Source: Candidatus Altimarinota bacterium | Lineage (GTDB): Bacteria > Patescibacteriota > Gracilibacteria > UBA1369 | Assembly: GCA_041659405.1 (NCBI GenBank) | Contig: JBAZYK010000011.1 | Span: 1 to 32,000 of the forward strand | DNA length: 32,000 nt | Reading direction: 5' to 3' | Part shown: piece by piece, positions 24,617 to 30,986 of the stretch | How positions within the stretch are numbered: the first letter of the stretch is position 1 | Layout: each line of letters opens with the position of its first letter | Notes under the pieces: model-generated | Database searches by the model: none | Seen by the model: the letters and a program-made list of their open reading frames with translations, nothing else | Told to the model about the DNA's origin: nothing | Translations under genes and position numbers: made by a program

Positions 24617-24690
24617 AAATTAGTCCTTTGGTTGCGAAAGTTGGCTCCATGCCACGCGAGGTTCGCCTCCTAGCGCCAAAGGACTAATTT
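24617..24690. other. 15-bp perfect long-range inverted repeat closing a two-hairpin element; U/T-rich flanks on both strands (bidirectional terminator or small-RNA body)
   Basis: AAATTAGTCCTTTGG (24617-24631) pairs with CCAAAGGACTAATTT (24676-24690). Inside are TGGC-TCCAT-GCCA (24642-24654) and CGC-GAGG-TTCG-CCTC-(CTA)-GCG (24655-24675). Plus strand continues TGTTG; minus strand continues ATTATTTTTC. Confidence 0.5.
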
Positions 24691-25441
24691 TGTTGATGCT
24701 AAAAATATTCTTTTTATTGTAAAAGTTATTTGGATATTTTTCAAAATCGTAAATATCACAAAGAAAACTGATTTTCTCTTTTAAAAAATCAAAATATCTA
24801 CTTTCACTTTTAGTATAAGCCCTATAGACAGCCCAATTTAAGTAATCAATAACCTGAAGGCATGGTTCGACAGTCGGCACTTGAACCAAGACTTGTGTTT
24901 GAGTTTCAATTTTTTTATTATATTTTGACTCAAAGTTTGAGATTGCCGAGTGAATCGCATTTGTAAAATGATTTTGTTTATTTCCCGAATCTCTTTTTGA
25001 AAAATAAATAACATTATCATTCACGTGCAAGCTCCTTTCAAACAACCTGCTGACTATTTCATTATAAAAAATATCTTCATTGTTTTTATGCCTCTTCATA
25101 AAGACATCCAGCCTTTTTCTCGCAACGATAAATTGTGCCTTAAAATCAAAGGTTTTAATGAGTTTAAAGACCTTTTCCCTTACTTCGGCCGAATCATCTT
25201 TAGCATGAAAATGGACCTTTGTTTTTGCAATTGATGGTATGGGAGCAAGATAATCATCTTGAGCTATTTCTTCGCGAAGACGAGCCAATCCTTGACGAAT
25301 AGCAATCGGATTTTCCGTTTCAATATAGCCAAGAATCAAGATTGGCGAACAACCAAACTGCCCAACAATGCACTCTCCGTCCCTGTTAAAGAAAGTACAA
25401 TCACCTGACTCATCCACAAAAAAATATTTAGTATTATTCAT
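24620..25441 (-). CDS. DUF3800 domain protein
   Basis: 273-aa ORF. N-terminal YFFVDESGD is the DUF3800 hallmark. By eye the gene is much more AT-rich than its neighbours. The last ~22 codons run through the inverted-repeat element. Confidence 0.75.
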   Translation of the reverse strand: MNNTKYFFVDESGDCTFFNRDGECIVGQFGCSPILILGYIETENPIAIRQGLARLREEIAQDDYLAPIPSIAKTKVHFHAKDDSAEVREKVFKLIKTFDFKAQFIVARKRLDVFMKRHKNNEDIFYNEIVSRLFERSLHVNDNVIYFSKRDSGNKQNHFTNAIHSAISNFESKYNKKIETQTQVLVQVPTVEPCLQVIDYLNWAVYRAYTKSESRYFDFLKEKISFLCDIYDFEKYPNNFYNKKNIFSINKISPLALGGEPRVAWSQLSQPKD

Positions 25442-25526
25442 GACTCGAAATAATACACATCAAACATGAAGAAAATCTAAAATTTTCCTAAACAAGAGAA
25501 ATCAATATCTAAAACATTAATCCCTT

Positions 25527-26135
25527 TTACCAATTAACCTGATCCCCTTCCGTAATTCCCAGTTTTTCCACCATGCCGCCGTTCAATTCTAAAACATATT
25601 GTGCCGATTGGATCGAACCAAATAAAGGGCATGGATCAGCCTGGCAAGGCATCACCCATTTAAGCGCGCGCACAATTTTGTGATCAGGGCCAATAAAAAG
25701 CATATCCAGCGGAATCAACGTGTTCTTCATCCAAAAAGAAAGCTGCCCGGCTTTTTCAAAAGTAAAAAGCATGCCGTGGTCAGCCGCCAAAGCGGTCCTA
25801 AACATCAATCCTTTTTCACGCTGAGCTTCATTTTCGGCAACCTCCGCACTAAAAACATGATCACCGGATTTATTTTTAACCGTCACAAAAATTTCTTTCA
25901 AACCGGATAAAGGTTGGGTTTCCTGGGAAGATTGAGCCGCACTTAAGCCCGCGCCTGAATTGACATTATAACTTTGCGCAATGCCGGAAATCTGTGAAGA
26001 TGAAGCGCCGGCCATTCCCGCGCCAACATCACTGCCCGAACCCACCCCGGAATCATTCAAAAATTTCGCCACCGTTTGACATCCTGCTAAAGCCATAAAC
26101 GCAACAATCAAAAAAATAAAAGAAACTTTTTTCAT
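25527..26135 (-). CDS. DUF192 domain lipoprotein
   Basis: 202 aa. The signal peptide has lipobox LAGC (MKKVSFIFLIVAFMALAGC), followed by a Gly/Ser/Ala linker. EKGLMFR...HGMLF...FWMKNTLIPLDMLF matches the DUF192 pattern. Confidence 0.8.
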   Translation of the reverse strand: MKKVSFIFLIVAFMALAGCQTVAKFLNDSGVGSGSDVGAGMAGASSSQISGIAQSYNVNSGAGLSAAQSSQETQPLSGLKEIFVTVKNKSGDHVFSAEVAENEAQREKGLMFRTALAADHGMLFTFEKAGQLSFWMKNTLIPLDMLFIGPDHKIVRALKWVMPCQADPCPLFGSIQSAQYVLELNGGMVEKLGITEGDQVNW

Positions 26136-26141
26136 AAAAAT

Positions 26142-27119
26142 TCAATAAGGAATCTTGGATCCAAAAGATCCGGCAACAGTTCGATTCCGAACGCCAGAGC
26201 CCAAATTCGCACCCGCACGCGCTCCCGCGCCCACACCACTGCCAGCACCAACCCCCATCCGCAATCCCGCCAATTCCGCTTTCAACATTGGAATCGCCTC
26301 GGCCATTTCCTGATCACTCAAAGCCACGCCATGATACGACGCTTTGTTTTCCATAAAACTAATGCCTTTGCCCTTCACAGTTCGCGCAATGATCGCGGTT
26401 GGCTTACGCTTCACATCAAACGCCTTTTCAAATCCCGCCAAAATCTCCTCAAAATCATGACCATCACGCACCGGAATCGTTTTCCAACCAAACGCCTCAA
26501 ACTTATCCGCAATCGGCTCAACATTCATCACCGAACGCAAAGTTCCATCAAGCTGCAAGCCATTCGCATCAATAATCAAAACCACGTTATCCAGCCGATA
26601 ATGCGCAGCAGTTAAAGCCGCTTCCCAAATTTGACCTTCCTGCAATTCACCATCTCCCAACAAAACAAAAACGCGATTGGTTGCACGCTCGGCCTTTAAA
26701 GCCATCGCCAAGCCAATTGCCGAAGAAAAACCATGTCCCAAAGAACCTGCACTTAAAGGCACCCCCGGAATTTTTTTAGAAGGATGAGCCTGCAACATGC
26801 TATTTGCCTGACGAAAATGATCCAGCTCCGCCTTATCAAAAAAGCCCAGATCAGCCAACACCGCATACCACGCCGGAGCCGCATGACCTTTGGACAAAAC
26901 AAAATAATCCTGATCCTGCGAACCTGGTTTTCTGGCATCATATTGCATAATTGGCAGTCCCTGAATTTTGCCATAATACAAACCGACCAAAAGATCAATC
27001 ATGGAAAGTGAACTGCCCGGATGGCCGCCCTCGGCCCTGTGAATTGTTTCAAGCACATCAATACGAGCCTGAGTAGCCTTTTGCTTTAAAAACTGAAGAT
27101 GATCACGGAAAGAGTCCAT
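26142..27119 (-). CDS. transketolase N-terminal half (TPP-binding) with Gly/Ala-rich C-terminal tail
   Basis: 325 aa. GGHPGSSLSMIDL, LSKGHAAPA, GSLGHGFS and LGDGELQEGQIWEA match split-type Tkt subunit A. The last ~45 aa are a low-complexity tail (GVGAGSGVGAGARAGANLGSG). Confidence 0.88.
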   Translation of the reverse strand: MDSFRDHLQFLKQKATQARIDVLETIHRAEGGHPGSSLSMIDLLVGLYYGKIQGLPIMQYDARKPGSQDQDYFVLSKGHAAPAWYAVLADLGFFDKAELDHFRQANSMLQAHPSKKIPGVPLSAGSLGHGFSSAIGLAMALKAERATNRVFVLLGDGELQEGQIWEAALTAAHYRLDNVVLIIDANGLQLDGTLRSVMNVEPIADKFEAFGWKTIPVRDGHDFEEILAGFEKAFDVKRKPTAIIARTVKGKGISFMENKASYHGVALSDQEMAEAIPMLKAELAGLRMGVGAGSGVGAGARAGANLGSGVRNRTVAGSFGSKIPY

Positions 27120-27208
27120 AGAAAAAGTGCCTTAAGCTAGCCATAAAACCGCATACGCTACTGCCACCACTGGAAACATTAACCTTGATTGAAAATTCCG
27201 CAGTGCGC

Positions 27209-27922
27209 TTAGCGAAGCACGGTCACTATACTTTTATCGGGACACTCCTTCAAGAGTTCTTGCATCGATTTTTTCAAAACCGGATGAACAAAATCCGGCG
27301 CGATTTCCGTCATCGGAATCAACACAAATTTCCGCTCCTGCAACCGAGGATGAGGAATGATGAGAGACGCAGCCTGATCGCGAACATCACGGGCGTGAGC
27401 GACCTGGTCACACGCATCATTGGCAAACCCAACTTTTTCTGTCGTAACATGGATTTCCGGACCAGTCCGGATTTTTTTTTCAAAATCGTAAACCAAATCC
27501 CCAAAAAACAAAATATCCAGGTCAATTGTGCGTGGTTGAAAGCGAGGTTGTGCACCACTACGCTGACCTGAAGATTTCACTCCTCCAGACTGCAGTTCCG
27601 ATTGCGCTTCGCGGCCCTGTCTCCCCGCTCGCGCCTCCCCTCGCTCCCTTCCCAGAGCCCTTTCTATCGCATGAATCACCATCAACAAATCTTCCGGACT
27701 GCGCTCCGTTTCGACCTCAATCACCATATTCAAAAACCCAGGCTGCGCTTTTCCAGCAGCATCTTTCAAAATTTCACCACGCTCGCCCACCGCTTCAGCT
27801 TCATAAATTGAAGACGTTCTCAAAACAGAAACGCCCCACTTTTCCAGACTTTCCAAAGCCCTTTGCAAAAAATCCCCACGATCCCCCAAATTAGACCCCA
27901 AACTTAAAAAAATATTTCTCAT
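27209..27922 (-). CDS. folK: 6-hydroxymethyl-7,8-dihydropterin pyrophosphokinase (HPPK) carrying two large insertions
   Basis: 237 aa. FLSLGSNLGDR, SSIYE, PRTIDLDIL and LIIPHPRLQERKFVL are HPPK blocks, interrupted by ~29-aa and ~37-aa inserts. Start overlaps the upstream stop (ATGA). Confidence 0.85.
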   Translation of the reverse strand: MRNIFLSLGSNLGDRGDFLQRALESLEKWGVSVLRTSSIYEAEAVGERGEILKDAAGKAQPGFLNMVIEVETERSPEDLLMVIHAIERALGRERGEARAGRQGREAQSELQSGGVKSSGQRSGAQPRFQPRTIDLDILFFGDLVYDFEKKIRTGPEIHVTTEKVGFANDACDQVAHARDVRDQAASLIIPHPRLQERKFVLIPMTEIAPDFVHPVLKKSMQELLKECPDKSIVTVLR

Positions 27923-28608
27923 CTATTAAAAATGTGTGACACGTCAAAATTAGCAAGTGCTATCTTAACATTAATTCCCGAAAACTGTGGATTTTTTGCT
28001 ATAACTTCTTGCAACAAGGACATTCTTGCTTGAAAAGAGCTCTTTTGAACTTCCTCATAACCTTCACGTAAAAATCCAACAGAACAAGCAACATTTTGCC
28101 GGCCGGGCAATGCCATACTGCCGGAATATAACAATTTACGGATGGCTCTCCCCACTTTTTCTAAAATCTCAAAAAAGAGAACGACATCTGCTGACTCAAC
28201 AGAAACGCCAATCCCCTCCCGAGGATTAAATTCTATAGGCCTTTTATGACGCATAACATGAACTGCCTGCAAAACTTCCCACGCCTTTTCAGTCAATGCT
28301 TCCAACCCGGAAATATCTTTTGCACTTGCGATTTGATCTTCTGTAACTAATATTTCAGGAAAATCCAATTGCTCAACTACTTCCGGAAAATTACCAAAAT
28401 ATTCAAGCAACAACGCATCTCTTTTTTTAAAGAAATCAGCACCCTCAGCAAAACATGCCTCCAAATCTGAAAATTCTGCGTCATAACTTTTTGCGTCCTG
28501 CAAATAGCGCATTCCCAACTGACGAACTTGTTCAAAATCATCTACTTTAGACTGACCAGACACAACAACCGCATCAGATAAATCGCTTCTTAAAGCCAAA
28601 TCCCCCAT
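27919..28608 (-). CDS. hypothetical protein embedded in the folate operon
   Basis: 229-aa ORF, translationally coupled to folK (ATGA overlap). No motif I recognise. Confidence 0.6.
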   Translation of the reverse strand: MGDLALRSDLSDAVVVSGQSKVDDFEQVRQLGMRYLQDAKSYDAEFSDLEACFAEGADFFKKRDALLLEYFGNFPEVVEQLDFPEILVTEDQIASAKDISGLEALTEKAWEVLQAVHVMRHKRPIEFNPREGIGVSVESADVVLFFEILEKVGRAIRKLLYSGSMALPGRQNVACSVGFLREGYEEVQKSSFQARMSLLQEVIAKNPQFSGINVKIALANFDVSHIFNR

Positions 28609-28668
28609 TTTAATTTACAAAACAAAGTAAGGGAAATAACCTAACTCAAAATCTGCCAAAAATCAACT

Positions 28669-29124
28669 TTATTCTCCCTTATACGCCACAAACGAGTTCG
28701 GAGTTTCCCACAATTTAAGTTCATGCAGACGTAATTCCTTATCAAATTCCGATTTAATCAAATCCCCTTCCTGATCAGATTTTTTTAACAATTTTTTAAT
28801 CTCCGAACCCAAATTAGGGTCAGAAAGCTCCACTTTCAACAAATTTTGCAGATCTTTGATCTGATCCCACATCCACATAACCATGCGCTCAGCAGAAGGA
28901 TTTTCGATCACGTCGTTAATGAGCTGATGATCCAGTTTATCCAAAATCTGACGCTTCACAATGCGCTTCACCAAAACAAAATCAATCACCAAACCATTTT
29001 CCTGGACCTTGCCTTCAAGCGTTACCTGCAACCGATAAGTGTGGCCATGCACGCGCTCGCACTTGCCATAATAATTGGTAAGAAAATGAGCGGAATCAAA
29101 TGTAAATTCGCGAGTTACGAGCAT
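28669..29124 (-). CDS. 6-pyruvoyl-tetrahydropterin synthase / QueD family (COG0720) protein
   Basis: 151 aa. FDSAHFL, GKCERVHGHTY (a Cx3HGH zinc/catalytic motif) and LDHQLIND. The C-terminal region is longer than in the ~120-aa family members I recall. Confidence 0.85.
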   Translation of the reverse strand: MLVTREFTFDSAHFLTNYYGKCERVHGHTYRLQVTLEGKVQENGLVIDFVLVKRIVKRQILDKLDHQLINDVIENPSAERMVMWMWDQIKDLQNLLKVELSDPNLGSEIKKLLKKSDQEGDLIKSEFDKELRLHELKLWETPNSFVAYKGE

Positions 29125-29276
29125 AAAATCAATTATGAATTATAAATTTTGAACCAAGGAGGACGAAAATGCAATTAAGATTGCAAGGAACAAGAGTTTG
29201 CTTCAGTTTTTTGCCATGGCCCAAAACATTCGCTGCGGACAGAAGCAACTCACTTATACCAAATCGGCACTTGCTA

Positions 29277-29400
29277 CGTCAACGAAGTATTTCAAAATAT
29301 ACGCTTCGGCGCCGAAGCCCTAAAAAATGGCTTGTACAAGCAGCATGTTTGCGTTAAGAGAGAATTCGTGTCCTATTCGTGACTTCGTTGACGAAGCCCT
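29277..29400. repeat. cluster of related palindromes sharing CTTCG...CGAAGCCCT
   Basis: CGTCAACGAAG (29277-29287) is the exact complement of CTTCGTTGACG (29383-29393). A 16-nt perfect palindrome GCTTCGGCGCCGAAGC lies at 29303-29318 and a 12-nt palindrome GCTTGTACAAGC at 29330-29341. CGAAGCCCT recurs at 29312 and 29392. Confidence 0.7.
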
Positions 29401-29478
29401 TCATTTTGGCTTACCTTTGCGGACACTTTGACACGCAGTTAAAATTATTCCCGTTTCACAAACTCAAAAACCCGGTTT

Positions 29479-30531
29479 TCAATTTTCTCCAACCTTCGCC
29501 AGCATATCCACAAATCGACGAGTTTCTTTTACATCATGAACCCGCAAAATTGACGCACCATTTTGCATGGCAATAGCCGCACAAGCCAAACTTCCCTCAA
29601 GGCGATCCTGAACAGCTCCACCGATAAAACCTTTACGAGAAGCCCCAATCAAAATCGGCAAACCCTTCAAAACCTTGTCAGTCCCAAATTCCCGCAACCG
29701 CCTCAAAATCTCCAGACTATATTTTGGATCCGTGCTTACAAAAGCCCCCATTCCGGGATCAACAATAAATCGTCCCCGCGCGATCCCCTGTCCAACACCA
29801 GCCGAAATCCGCTCCGCCAAAAACTTTCGCACAGTGGCAATAACATCATCATACTGCACATTTTCACGAGTCGTCCGCGCAGTTGGATCTTTTGAATACA
29901 TAATGATAACCGGCACATTTGGATATTTCGCCAGCACTGAAGCCATATCCACATCCCCACGCAACGCCGTAACATCGTTGATAATATCCGCACCAGCTTC
30001 AATTGCCTGCCGAGCCACTTCCGCTTTATAAGTATCCACCGAAATAAAAACCTCCCTATAATCATCAAAACTGATTGCCTTTTTAAAATCCAGAATAGCT
30101 TGATCATGAGCTTTTTTGTGGTTTCCCGCCTTCCCGGGAAGGAATTCATTGCGAACTTTTGTGCGCATAAGCTGCATCGCCTCCAACTCCTGCTTTAATT
30201 TTCGCACCACCGGAATCACTCGCACCAACTCCTCTTCCAAACTGACATCTTTTGAACCGGGACCGGAAGATTCACCGCCAATATCAATGATTTCCGCGCC
30301 ATCTGAAGCCATTTGCAAAGCACGCGCAACCGCCGCATCAACATCGACCTTTCCACCTTCATTCACCGCCACCTCATCCACTTTTGCGTGACCACCCACC
30401 ACGCCACCCGCCTTCACAAACTTCCCTCCATCACTAAACGAATCCGGAGTCACATTTAAAATCCCCATGACCAATGGCTTGCTAAAATCCTTCCCTTGCC
30501 CCCTCAATCTTAAAAACTCAAAAAAATTCAT
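29479..30531 (-). CDS. folP: dihydropteroate synthase with two insertions
   Basis: 350 aa. VMGILNVTPDSFSDGG, IIDIGGESSGPG, RVIPVV, ISVDT, IINDV, GASRKGFIG and LRVHDV are collinear with DHPS. Confidence 0.9.
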   Translation of the reverse strand: MNFFEFLRLRGQGKDFSKPLVMGILNVTPDSFSDGGKFVKAGGVVGGHAKVDEVAVNEGGKVDVDAAVARALQMASDGAEIIDIGGESSGPGSKDVSLEEELVRVIPVVRKLKQELEAMQLMRTKVRNEFLPGKAGNHKKAHDQAILDFKKAISFDDYREVFISVDTYKAEVARQAIEAGADIINDVTALRGDVDMASVLAKYPNVPVIIMYSKDPTARTTRENVQYDDVIATVRKFLAERISAGVGQGIARGRFIVDPGMGAFVSTDPKYSLEILRRLREFGTDKVLKGLPILIGASRKGFIGGAVQDRLEGSLACAAIAMQNGASILRVHDVKETRRFVDMLAKVGEN

Positions 30532-30554
30532 TATTATTTATGGAAATCAAAACA

Positions 30555-30986
30555 TCATCCCTTTGCGAGCACTCTTCTGATCCACGCCGCCGCCTCAGCT
30601 GCTAGTCTATCCACTTTCGCAGCCTGCGCCGCAACTTCATCCGCACTCAACGTAGCTTTCACATTTGAAGGTTCTGAAGGAAATGGAACTTCTCCAAGTT
30701 TTATCGCAGCTGGATCATGAACAATCAAGTGTTCACCTAAAGCATCATCAAGAGAAAACCCAAACAATCTTTGAGCATCACCAACCTCATCCGACGTAAA
30801 AGTATATGAATCCCTATCGCCTTCCCAATCATCAACATAATCCTTTGCAGGACAACCGGGCCCTTCCCCATCCCACAAATCCCCACTCACATCTCTAACA
30901 AAAGAATCCCCATCTCTACCCCTACCAAGACTTTCAACGTCCATATCAACAATTTCATTTGGATCAACAACCTTATTTACACTCAT
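30555..30986 (-). CDS. hypothetical acidic protein in the folate operon
   Basis: 143-aa ORF. Its start overlaps the upstream aminotransferase gene by 14 nt. Asp/Glu-rich, with no recognisable motif. Confidence 0.5.
   Translation of the reverse strand: MSVNKVVDPNEIVDMDVESLGRGRDGDSFVRDVSGDLWDGEGPGCPAKDYVDDWEGDRDSYTFTSDEVGDAQRLFGFSLDDALGEHLIVHDPAAIKLGEVPFPSEPSNVKATLSADEVAAQAAKVDRLAAEAAAWIRRVLAKG

Noticed and set aside
24619-24688. tRNA-like or SRP/4.5S RNA identity for the inverted-repeat element
   Set aside because: Hairpin loops of 4-5 nt and the stem lengths do not fit a cloverleaf. There is no GGAA/AGCA SRP domain IV motif.
29169-29357. 62-aa ORF with a perfect AAGGAGG-N7-ATG as a real protein-coding gene
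   Set aside because: I did not call it as a CDS. It is Arg-rich and low-complexity, runs through several perfect palindromes, and is antisense to the operon. No other gene in the window uses an SD. It is retained only as part of the gap finding.
29125-29478. THF, preQ1 or ZTP riboswitch in the folP-PTPS gap
   Set aside because: I compared it by eye with the THF-I, preQ1-I and ZTP sequences I remember. There are fragments such as GCGTTAAG, CAACGAAG and GCAAAAAACTG. Their order, strand and pairing partners do not reproduce any of those architectures. An Infernal scan is needed to be sure.
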